Source: Candidatus Hadarchaeum sp. (GTDB taxonomy: Archaea; Hadarchaeota; Hadarchaeia; Hadarchaeales; Hadarchaeaceae). From it: a stretch of DNA of 64,000 nucleotides. Shown piece after piece: positions 18,189-26,662 of this stretch (its first letter is position 1; every line of letters starts with the position of its first letter). Position numbers and translations under genes: made by a program. The notes below the pieces were generated by a model. That model was not told where the DNA came from. It made no database searches and saw only the letters and a list, made by a program, of their open reading frames with translations. The DNA lies in the NCBI RefSeq assembly GCF_038871235.1, contig NZ_JAVZIN010000006.1, forward strand, positions 43,316 to 107,315, read 5' to 3'.

Positions 18189-20333
18189 ATGGCTGAGGTG
18201 AAGAGAACCATCTGTATGGGTTGCCACTGTGAGTGCGGCGTCTTGGTAACAGTTGAGAATGGAAAGGTAACTAAAATAATTGGTGATCCGGATCATCCCC
18301 AGAATGAAGGGGCCATTTGTGTAAGAGGAATGTCTTATCAGCAGCTTCTTTATCACCCCGACCGGCTGCGCCACCCGATGGAGCGTCAGCCCAACGGAGA
18401 ATGGAAGAGGATCTCTTGGGACGAGGCGATGGATAAGATCGCCAGCAAGTTCAAGGAGCTGATTGACAAATACGGTCCGGAGTCGCTGGCCTTCGTTTTC
18501 TGCGACGGCGACCGGGATAACATAGTCTTCAACGTCGATTGGTTGACAGCGATCCAGAGCCCCCATCTGTTGGGAACCGACGCCCAGTACTGCATTCGGC
18601 CCAACTGGATTGCCGATGGCGTGACGTTTGGCCAGGCGCTGACTTGGGAAAAAGGGCCGGACTACAAGAACAGCAAATGCATCCTGATCTGGGGCGGAAA
18701 CCCGCTTGAGACTCACCTCGGTTCCAAAGGACAGGAGATACTCCAAGCAAAATACAACAGAGGTGCCAAGCTCATAGTTGTCGACCCGCGATTCACCAAT
18801 CTGGCTTCCAAAGCTGACATCTGGCTACAGGTGAGGCCGGCGACTGATGCGGCTCTTGCCTTGGGAATGCTCAACGTTATCATCAACGAGGAACTTTACG
18901 ACAAGGACTTTGTCGCCGAGTGGACGGTGGGATTTGATAAACTTCGGGAGAGAGTTCAGGAATATCCTCCTGATAAGGTTGCTGAGATCACTTGGGTGCC
19001 GGAGGAGAAGATCAAGGAAGCGGCCCGGATGTATGCCACGAACAAGCCCGCTTCAGTACATCACAGAATGGGCGTCACCATGAACACCAACGGGCTCCAG
19101 ACCTGCCGAGCCGTGGACATGTTGATAGCGATCACCGGCAACTTGGATATTCCTGGAGGCAACCTCCTGCCTTTTCCGTCACCCACCAGCAGGGTTAGGT
19201 CGGCCTATGTGGAGTTTCCCAAACTTTACGCGGAAAGATTGCCTAAGGAAGTGAAGCAGAGGAGATACGGGGTGAAGGAGTTTCCCTTCGGTTATGATAA
19301 GGCCAATCCCTGGAACGATTCCCATCCTGTGCTAGCTTTTGACTCAATTCCTCAGGGAGGAATAAGGGGTATGTTTATCGTCAACGATCCAGTAATGGGC
19401 ATGCAGGGGAGCAAGCAGACGGCCAAGGACTTAGAACATCTGGAGTTTCTGGTGGTGATGGACTTCTGGATGACACCCACCGCCAGCTTTGCCAACATTG
19501 TCCTTCCGGCCGCGACTTGGCTGGAGAGGGACTTGGTTCATGAGCTGCACTACCCAAGCTACGTCGGCGTGGCACCCAAGGTAATTGACCCAATCCCCGA
19601 GTGCCGAGACGAAAGGGAGGTTTCGATCGAACTGAGAAAGAGGCTAGGTCTGAAGAGCGCCTATCCGGTGGAAAGTGTGAAGGAATGGAACGATTACCGC
19701 TTGGAAAGGCTGGGCGTGACCTTCGAGGAATTTTATCAGAAATATGGCACAGTTTTGAAGTTCCAGTTTGAGACTGAGAAATATAAGAAGTTCAAAAAGT
19801 TCCCGGGGACTCCCAGCGGAAAGGTCGAGCTGTATTCAAAGACGCTTGAGGAAAATGGAATAGATCCACTTCCCCACCACGAGGAGCCGCCAGTTGGTCC
19901 AGTAACCACGCCGGAGCTGATGGAAGAGTATCCTTTCATCTTCATCTCTGGAAGCAGAAAGGTGCTTTACTTCCACGGCTATGGGAGGCAACTGCCCTGG
20001 CTTCGCGAGATACAGCCGGATCCCGAAGTTGAGATAAACCCTGAGGCCGCCGAGAAGCTAGGAATCAAGGATGGCGATTGGGTCTGGATCGAGACCCCAC
20101 AGGCCAAGGGAGAGCGGGTGAAGTTCAAGGCCAGGTTGACGTGGGGGATTCATCCCAAGGTAGTCAACGCCGATTCCCACTGGTGGTTCCCCGAGCGGAA
20201 GGACGATCCACATCGGGCCTGTTTTGAGTCCAACGTTAACGTGGTAGTGCCCAGATATCCACCCTATGACCCCGTCTTCGGCTGCCCGATCATTCGCGGG
20301 GCCATCTGCAAGATCACAAAGGTGGAGGCGTAA
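18189..20333 (+). CDS. Cytoplasmic bis-MGD Mo/W oxidoreductase catalytic subunit, acetylene hydratase-like clade
   Basis: N-terminal CxxCxxxC..C [4Fe-4S], 'WKRISWDEA', likely Cys ligand 'QYC', 'VVDPRFT..ASKAD', 'ITGNLDIPGG', C-terminal molydop-binding domain; no Tat signal. Confidence 0.88.
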   Translation: MAEVKRTICMGCHCECGVLVTVENGKVTKIIGDPDHPQNEGAICVRGMSYQQLLYHPDRLRHPMERQPNGEWKRISWDEAMDKIASKFKELIDKYGPESLAFVFCDGDRDNIVFNVDWLTAIQSPHLLGTDAQYCIRPNWIADGVTFGQALTWEKGPDYKNSKCILIWGGNPLETHLGSKGQEILQAKYNRGAKLIVVDPRFTNLASKADIWLQVRPATDAALALGMLNVIINEELYDKDFVAEWTVGFDKLRERVQEYPPDKVAEITWVPEEKIKEAARMYATNKPASVHHRMGVTMNTNGLQTCRAVDMLIAITGNLDIPGGNLLPFPSPTSRVRSAYVEFPKLYAERLPKEVKQRRYGVKEFPFGYDKANPWNDSHPVLAFDSIPQGGIRGMFIVNDPVMGMQGSKQTAKDLEHLEFLVVMDFWMTPTASFANIVLPAATWLERDLVHELHYPSYVGVAPKVIDPIPECRDEREVSIELRKRLGLKSAYPVESVKEWNDYRLERLGVTFEEFYQKYGTVLKFQFETEKYKKFKKFPGTPSGKVELYSKTLEENGIDPLPHHEEPPVGPVTTPELMEEYPFIFISGSRKVLYFHGYGRQLPWLREIQPDPEVEINPEAAEKLGIKDGDWVWIETPQAKGERVKFKARLTWGIHPKVVNADSHWWFPERKDDPHRACFESNVNVVVPRYPPYDPVFGCPIIRGAICKITKVEA

Positions 20334-20335
20334 AG

Positions 20336-20836
20336 ATGGCAAAATACAAACTGCAGGCCGACGTAAAGAAGTGTATCGGCTGTCATTCCTGTGAGATCGC
20401 CTGTAAGCAGGAGTTCAACCTGCCTGTGGGCCCAATGCCCATCCGCGTGGTTAAGATAGGGCCAAGGAAGATCGATGGCGGGCTCAGGACTGATTATGTG
20501 CCTGTTTTCTGCAAACATTGTGAGGACGCCCCGTGTATCAAAGCTTGTCCTGAGCACGCGCTGTACAAGAGACCTGATGGCATTGTTATGGTGGACAAGG
20601 AAAAATGCATCGGCTGTCAGCTTTGCATTGATGTCTGTCCGATAAACGCCCCCCAGTTTAATCCTGAGCTGGGGAAGATTGAGCTCTGTAATCTCTGCGC
20701 CCACAGAATTGACCGCGGCGAGAAACCTCTCTGCGTTTTGGTCTGTCCAGCCAGGTGTCTTTACTTCGGCGAAACAACGGAGATCAACAAAAAGATGCAG
20801 GAGATAAAGGTGAAGGACACCCTCGCCATTGAATAG
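20336..20836 (+). CDS. DmsB/NrfC-type 4x[4Fe-4S] electron-transfer subunit
   Basis: CIGCHSCEIAC, CKHCEDAPCIKAC, CIGCQLCIDVC, CNLC..C..CP. Confidence 0.9.
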   Translation: MAKYKLQADVKKCIGCHSCEIACKQEFNLPVGPMPIRVVKIGPRKIDGGLRTDYVPVFCKHCEDAPCIKACPEHALYKRPDGIVMVDKEKCIGCQLCIDVCPINAPQFNPELGKIELCNLCAHRIDRGEKPLCVLVCPARCLYFGETTEINKKMQEIKVKDTLAIE

Positions 20837-20858
20837 TCAAGTGATTTAGACGGTCGGT

Positions 20859-21419
20859 TCATTCCAATAAAAGCAGCACAAAGCTCTTGTAGGGTTCTCT
20901 ATCCTTTATCACGTTGATTTCAAACCCTGCTTTTCTCGCCGTCTTATAAACATCGATTCCAACGGCTTCCATTGATGGCCTAGCTTTCCGCGGATACAGA
21001 CAATCGGCCTTGCTCAATAGGCTGCGGTTCTCCGACTTTTCCGCCACACAAGGGTTGCAGTATCTGCACGGTCCTGAGACGAGCAGCAAAGCCCGGTAGA
21101 AGCCCATAAAGAAGGCTTCCCTCTCCAGCTCCAAGCTTTTTTCGTGGACCTGCCTCTGGTCTTCTTCATCTTTCATGTTTCTAAACTCCATGAGCAGACC
21201 ATATTTGTAGCCCCTCAACCACTTTCTGGTTTCTTCAGGGGTTGGTGTGTGGGGCGGGCAGGTGAGGCGAATTCCGTACATCCTGCAACCGTACTGGCAT
21301 TTTATTCTTACATAATCCTCGATGAAGACATTGTCAGTTGAGATCATTTTGACGGAGCTTGCCCCCGTTTCCTTTGCCCTTTCAATCAACACCTGCAATG
21401 GCTCTGTAACATCTGCCAT
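20859..21419 (-). CDS. DUF2284 metal-binding protein
   Basis: 'KCQYGC..YG..LTCPP', 'GPCRYC..C', 'ARPSMEAVGIDV'. Confidence 0.85.
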   Translation of the reverse strand: MADVTEPLQVLIERAKETGASSVKMISTDNVFIEDYVRIKCQYGCRMYGIRLTCPPHTPTPEETRKWLRGYKYGLLMEFRNMKDEEDQRQVHEKSLELEREAFFMGFYRALLLVSGPCRYCNPCVAEKSENRSLLSKADCLYPRKARPSMEAVGIDVYKTARKAGFEINVIKDREPYKSFVLLLLE

Positions 21420-21490
21420 ATGGAATCTACCAGCTGCCAAAAATCATCATCGGCCCTTGATAAAAATCTTGTCCTGAAAGTGCTGGGAAT

Positions 21491-22849
21491 TCATTGGTAC
21501 TGTCTGGGGTAAAATCTTCCGAAGCCCTCCCTGCCCCAGAAACTTCCCTCTCTTGCCACTATTTCTCCTCTGAGCATAGTCAATCTGGGAATGCCCTTGA
21601 CCTTGAAACCTTCGAACGGTGACCAGTCGGCCCTATGGTGTAGCTTCTCAGCCCTTATCGTCATTTCCTCGTTCAAATCGATTATCGTGAGGTCGGCGTC
21701 TGATCCTATCTGAATCGCACCTTTAGCGGGATAGAGTCCGAATATCTTCGCTGGCATGGTGGAGATTACTTCGACTATCCTCTCCAATGGTAGTTTTCTC
21801 CTGTGATAGCCCTCGCTGATCATCAGCATGACTCTAGTTTCAACTCCTGGGACTCCACCCTCGACCTCCCAGATGTTTTCCCAGCCCTTTTCTTTCTCTG
21901 CCTGCAGCGGTGCATAGTGATCCGTGACTAGCACGTCCAAAACTCCATCAGCCAATGCCTTCCACAGCGCTTCAGAATCGGCCTTGGTCCTTAGAGGCGG
22001 GTTTACCTGAAGATAGGGGCCGAATTTTTTCAGATCTTCTTGGTTAAAGATGAGATGGTGGGGGCAGGTTTCCCCGGACACCGGTAATCCCATTTTTTTA
22101 GCCCCTCTGATTAAGTCTGCCCCGGGACCAGACGAGACGTGGAAAATGTGGAGCGGCGTGCTCGTTTCCGAGGCCAGAAGTATTGCTCTAGAGATGGCCT
22201 CGACCTCAGCAATGATCGGTCTAGATAGTGCGTGTGCGATGGGATCGCTTCTTCCCAGTTTCTTGAGTTCATTCATCTGACGGAGTCTAATGCTTTCATT
22301 TTCGGCGTGAACGGTGGCCAATGATTTGGCTTCTCTGATTTTTCTGAAGGAATCAAACATAATCCCGCTGTCCAAGGGCTGCAGACCATCAGGGTTGGCC
22401 ATGAAATGTTTGAAGGAAACGGCACCCATTTTTGAAACATCAGGTATTTCTTCGATGTGTTTTTCCAGACAAATGGCAGCGTGAAGGGCGAAATCTATTG
22501 CACACATTTTTTCCCCATCTGCTTTCATCTGGACAAATGTTTTTTCCAACTCGCCCTTTCTAGGTACGGCAAAATCGATGACCGTGGTAGTTCCCCCAAT
22601 TGCGGCCGCTTTAGTACCGTTGGCAAAGTCTTCCCTGTGCAGGCTACCCGGTATGTGTAGATGAACGTGAGCATCCACGGCACCAGGGATTACTATGTTC
22701 CCTTTCGCGTCGATTTTCTCATCGGCTGGTGGTAGGCTGGGTTCCTTGGCTATCGAGATAATTTTGCCCGCGTCGATGGCTAGACCGGCTTCAAAGAAAT
22801 TCCCTTGACTGAAGATTTTTCCATTGATCACAACGGTATCTACCGTCAT
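21491..22849 (-). CDS. Cyclic amidohydrolase (dihydropyrimidinase/hydantoinase/allantoinase family)
   Basis: DAHVH, 'AAAIGGTTTVIDF', carbamylated-Lys 'SFK', VHAE, FHVS, 'ETCPH', 'NPPLR', TDH; ATGA overlap with the upstream gene at 22846-22849. Confidence 0.88.
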   Translation of the reverse strand: MTVDTVVINGKIFSQGNFFEAGLAIDAGKIISIAKEPSLPPADEKIDAKGNIVIPGAVDAHVHLHIPGSLHREDFANGTKAAAIGGTTTVIDFAVPRKGELEKTFVQMKADGEKMCAIDFALHAAICLEKHIEEIPDVSKMGAVSFKHFMANPDGLQPLDSGIMFDSFRKIREAKSLATVHAENESIRLRQMNELKKLGRSDPIAHALSRPIIAEVEAISRAILLASETSTPLHIFHVSSGPGADLIRGAKKMGLPVSGETCPHHLIFNQEDLKKFGPYLQVNPPLRTKADSEALWKALADGVLDVLVTDHYAPLQAEKEKGWENIWEVEGGVPGVETRVMLMISEGYHRRKLPLERIVEVISTMPAKIFGLYPAKGAIQIGSDADLTIIDLNEEMTIRAEKLHHRADWSPFEGFKVKGIPRLTMLRGEIVAREGSFWGREGFGRFYPRQYQ

Positions 22850-23856
22850 CGTTGTAGCCTCTTTGATGATGCTACCCCAGCAAGCAGATATAATATGGTC
22901 CAAGTGGTGATCCAGTAAAGGGGCCAAGCAGGCAACTGGTAGGGCTGCCAAGCCGGGGTCGGGATCCACTCTACGTTGAAAGCGGTCACCATATTTTTGC
23001 CGACTTCATGGACGATTTTGAGCAGATCGGTTGTAGTGATTCCCAGTGGCTCATCAAGTCCTGGGGCGGCCCCGAGATCCAAGACGTCCAGATCCAAGTT
23101 GAGGAAGAGGTGATCAACTCCTGCCCCTGCTTTTTTAATAGCTTCTCCAGTGATAGCTATGATTCCATTTTTTTCTATTTCAGTGTAAGTATATACAGTA
23201 GCTCCCTTCTTACGGTACCATTCCATCTGTTCCCTGAAGTTCCTCGGCCCCCTCATACCGATCTGGATAAAATTTTTCATGTTCACTCCATCTAGCTCTG
23301 ACACACGGGCTACCCAGCAGGCGAGAGACCATTTACTATTTTGGTGAGATTCCATGTTGTCAGCGTGGGCGTCCAGATGGATGATGCCTAAATTACCACC
23401 AAGCCGGCATATGGATTTTGCAACAAGGTACGGGTGTGCCCCGACTGTCAGCGGGATGCATCCGGCTTCCAAAATTTCGAAAATTCTCTTCTCCGCAAGT
23501 TGAAAGTATTCTTCGATGTCCACCTGGTCTAAGGGATAAAATCCGGTAACGTCGCCGCAATCGACAAGGTTAACCTGGCCGAGGACATCCATGTCAAGTT
23601 CGGGCAGATACCCTCCATATTTTATAGAGGCCTTTCTCAAGCGCATGGTGTCCATTATATTTACGCCAACTTCCCTACCGACCAGCATCTCGGCGCCTTG
23701 AGATGGCAAGCCTAAAAATGCCGCATCTGCACCCTTCAGCTCTCCCTTCTTCCTTGCTGCTGGAACCCCAAGAAAAGTTGGAACATCGCCGTAAATGGTG
23801 GGGATGAGCATTTTTTGAAATTTTTCCATGGATTTCCTATACTTGATTTTACTCAC
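22846..23856 (-). CDS. Ureohydrolase (agmatinase/arginase superfamily), atypical
   Basis: 'PTFLGVP', 'DCGD', HLDAHAD, 'QIGMRG', DLDVLD..APG. Confidence 0.82.
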   Translation of the reverse strand: MSKIKYRKSMEKFQKMLIPTIYGDVPTFLGVPAARKKGELKGADAAFLGLPSQGAEMLVGREVGVNIMDTMRLRKASIKYGGYLPELDMDVLGQVNLVDCGDVTGFYPLDQVDIEEYFQLAEKRIFEILEAGCIPLTVGAHPYLVAKSICRLGGNLGIIHLDAHADNMESHQNSKWSLACWVARVSELDGVNMKNFIQIGMRGPRNFREQMEWYRKKGATVYTYTEIEKNGIIAITGEAIKKAGAGVDHLFLNLDLDVLDLGAAPGLDEPLGITTTDLLKIVHEVGKNMVTAFNVEWIPTPAWQPYQLPAWPLYWITTWTILYLLAGVASSKRLQR

Positions 23857-23960
23857 AAAACCACGCCTTAATTTTGGGCGGTTATCATAAAAGTTTTCAG
23901 TTTTAAGCCGAATGTTTAAAGATACCTTAGTTAGAGTTAATTCTCAGGAGTGAGATTTTT

Positions 23961-24263
23961 ATGCAACAGATAGAGGTGTCAGTAGTTTACCTGTCTTTTT
24001 TCCAGGAGCTCACAGGGACAAGAGAGGAAAGAGTGAAGGTTCAGAAGGGGATGACGCTAAGAGAGTTTCTGGAACTACTGTGCGTCAGACACGGTGAAGT
24101 CTTTAGAAAAACCATTTTTGATCCGAAGACCGGTCGTGTTTTCAGTCATAACCACATAACTCTGAACGGGCAGCTGGCCCATCTCTTGGATAAAAACCTC
24201 GGAGTTAACCTGAGAGAGGGAGACCGCGTGGTTATAGCCCACGCTGTTTCTGGCGGCGAGTAG
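23961..24263 (+). CDS. MoaD/ThiS (SAMP-like) sulfur carrier ending in GG-E
   Basis: Beta-grasp pattern, 'LREGDRVVIAHAVSGGE'. Confidence 0.85.
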   Translation: MQQIEVSVVYLSFFQELTGTREERVKVQKGMTLREFLELLCVRHGEVFRKTIFDPKTGRVFSHNHITLNGQLAHLLDKNLGVNLREGDRVVIAHAVSGGE

Positions 24264-24270
24264 TCCCGGT

Positions 24271-26196
24271 TCAAAATGGAATTTTGCCCAGCTTTTCCAG
24301 CTCTTCAGCCACATAGTCCAAGGCGAGTTCTTCCAGCTTTTTCCGGGGGATAAAACCAGTTTTCGGATCCCATCCTCTCAGGTTATAGTATTCATCTAAC
24401 ATTTTATCCAGTTCTACCACGTGCCCTTTGCTTACACCCTCCGGGGCAGGCGTTTTCGTAAATCTTTCAGGCAGAGTGTCGTCCTCCTTGCTCAAACCTT
24501 CTCGGATATTGAAGGCCCTTTGGAGGTTGACTATCCTCTCGCCAATTCTTCTCAAATCCCCGCCGTTTACCTTCATCCCAGTAGCCAGCCTCAGGATTTT
24601 AGCCATATCTTCAAAATAAATCTGCCCCGTGTACAGCGGCAGGCAGGTTCCGGAGCTTTTGCATAGCGATAAACTGTCGCAGAGGGCGCAGAGTTCCTCG
24701 CCGTCTTTTACTTCGTAGGCCTTGTATTTAGGGCTCAGCGGCCGGGCCATCTCGGGAAGATATTTTTCGCCGAACCTTGCCTTGATTGGCTCCTCCCTGC
24801 CGAGTTCGTCCAGCAACGGAAAGGCCTTGAGATGATCGCCCCCACGATTGGCAACCGCGTGAGCCAGACCCATAGATTTCTGAGCCCTGCCATCCTGTGC
24901 GGCTATTTCCAGCTTTTTCACGGTCATCAGATATTTTTCCGAGCCACGGCCAATTTTTTGTGCCGCCCGGTAACTGCCCTCGGCTAGAAGGGCGCCAAAT
25001 CCTTCCCTATGAGCAATTTTAGGAATCAACTTAATCACTGCCTCGTAGTTACCCCAATTCAGCTCTATGCCATCGGTGTCCTCTTTGGTGAGAATGCCAT
25101 TTTCGTAGCATTCCATGGCCCAAGATATAGTTCCTCCAGTGGAGATGGTATCTAAGCCCAGCTCATCGCAAAGCTCGTTAGCATAGATAATCGCATCCAA
25201 GTTTTTGATCCCCAACCTAGCGCCCAATGCTGATAGGGTTTCATACTCTGGCTGTTTACCATATATTCCAGCGTAAGGCGGGTTTTTGACACGAACCGGT
25301 TTTTCACAGGTGGCCCAGCAACCGAACCCGCCCCGATCCTTTATCCGGTACTCCTTTCTGATCCTTTCCCCGCCGATTTCCTTGGCGAAGGGAAATACAC
25401 CGGTTTGAAAGTTCCTTACAGGCCACCGAGCGATCTCGTTCATCAGCTCCACAAGAATGGGAGTGCCGAATTTTATTCTGTCGAGAATGTAAAAGTCGTT
25501 CTTATAAACTTCGATAATACTTTTCATGAATTCATAAAACTCTACTGGATTTTCCGTTTTCACATCTTTTGTGCCTCTAACCGCAACGGCTTTTAAGTTC
25601 TTAGATCCCATCACAGTGCCGAGCCCGCAACGAGCCGCGGCCCTTCTCTGGCTGATAATTGAGGCATACTTGACCAGATTTTCGCCAGCGGGTCCGCAGC
25701 AAGCAACTTGAATTCTGTAGTCACCAAGGTCCTTTCTTATTATCTCCTCAGCTTCGCCGGTGGTCTTGTTCCAGATATCTTCAGCGTCCATGATCTTGAC
25801 GTTGTCATCGTCAATCCAGAGATAAACAGGGCTACTGGCTTTCCCTTGAAAGACGATGGCGTCGTAACCAGCAAACTTTAGTTCCGGACCCCAGTGGCCG
25901 CAGCAGCTGGAGTCGCCGTAAATCCCGGTAAGCGGGGACTTGGCGCCGACCTCAAATCTGCAGCTGACTGGCCAGCCCGTGCCGCAAAGCGGTCCCACGG
26001 CAAAGATGAGCCGATTTTCAGGGGAGAGTGGATCGATAGCTGGGCCGACTTCATCCCACAAAATCTTGGTGACGAATCCCGCACCACCGAGAAAGCTTTC
26101 GGCAAGTCCAGCATCCAAAGGCTGCTTGGTGACCACTTTGTTCGTCAGGTCCACCCGGATTATTTTTCCCCCATAGGCTTTGTACTTAAAGCTCAT
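24271..26196 (-). CDS. aor: Tungsten aldehyde:ferredoxin oxidoreductase family protein
   Basis: 'KSPLTG', 'GPELKFAGYD', 'GPAGENLV', 'VMGSKNLKA', 'EYET', 'DELGLD', 'NRGGDHL', 'YYNLRGWD'. Confidence 0.92.
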   Translation of the reverse strand: MSFKYKAYGGKIIRVDLTNKVVTKQPLDAGLAESFLGGAGFVTKILWDEVGPAIDPLSPENRLIFAVGPLCGTGWPVSCRFEVGAKSPLTGIYGDSSCCGHWGPELKFAGYDAIVFQGKASSPVYLWIDDDNVKIMDAEDIWNKTTGEAEEIIRKDLGDYRIQVACCGPAGENLVKYASIISQRRAAARCGLGTVMGSKNLKAVAVRGTKDVKTENPVEFYEFMKSIIEVYKNDFYILDRIKFGTPILVELMNEIARWPVRNFQTGVFPFAKEIGGERIRKEYRIKDRGGFGCWATCEKPVRVKNPPYAGIYGKQPEYETLSALGARLGIKNLDAIIYANELCDELGLDTISTGGTISWAMECYENGILTKEDTDGIELNWGNYEAVIKLIPKIAHREGFGALLAEGSYRAAQKIGRGSEKYLMTVKKLEIAAQDGRAQKSMGLAHAVANRGGDHLKAFPLLDELGREEPIKARFGEKYLPEMARPLSPKYKAYEVKDGEELCALCDSLSLCKSSGTCLPLYTGQIYFEDMAKILRLATGMKVNGGDLRRIGERIVNLQRAFNIREGLSKEDDTLPERFTKTPAPEGVSKGHVVELDKMLDEYYNLRGWDPKTGFIPRKKLEELALDYVAEELEKLGKIPF

Positions 26197-26662
26197 TTTT
26201 TTCCTCCGTTATCTCCTTAAGTTTCAACGCACGTTTTATTCCTGTTTCATAGGCAATGTCGTTAGGATCAACAAATCTCAACTTCCCCGGGGGGCAGTGT
26301 TTCACGCAGTTTCCGCACTGATCGCACTTTATCGCTGTTCCCTTGTCCGGGTGAAGCCAGATGGCACCGAAGGGACATTCTTGAACACAGACGCCGCAGC
26401 CGATACACTTTTGGGAGTCGACCACCCACACCCGGCCTCTTCTTTCTATGGCGTCCACCGGGCAGCTTTGGGCGCAGGGCGCGTTCTCACATTGCCGGCA
26501 GACGATCGGGTTGTCGTAGGCGGCGCCGATTCTGACGACGCGTATTCTGGATTTCTGAGGATTCATCAGACCTTCCTTGATGTAGCTGCAGGCTATCTCG
26601 CAGTTTCTGCATCCGGTGCATTCGAGCGGGTCTATATACAATATTCTCCTTGACATTTTCAA
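26186..26662 (-). CDS. Polyferredoxin-type 4Fe-4S subunit associated with AOR
   Basis: Four Cys clusters (CTGCRNCEIAC, CRQCENAPC, CIGCGVC, CDQCG.CVKHCP); overlaps the aor start. Confidence 0.88.
   Translation of the reverse strand: MKMSRRILYIDPLECTGCRNCEIACSYIKEGLMNPQKSRIRVVRIGAAYDNPIVCRQCENAPCAQSCPVDAIERRGRVWVVDSQKCIGCGVCVQECPFGAIWLHPDKGTAIKCDQCGNCVKHCPPGKLRFVDPNDIAYETGIKRALKLKEITEEKNEL

Noticed and set aside
18159-18746. 195-aa antisense ORF and the many other short opposite-strand ORFs in the track
   Set aside because: Shadow frames of well-supported genes, with no recognisable motifs.
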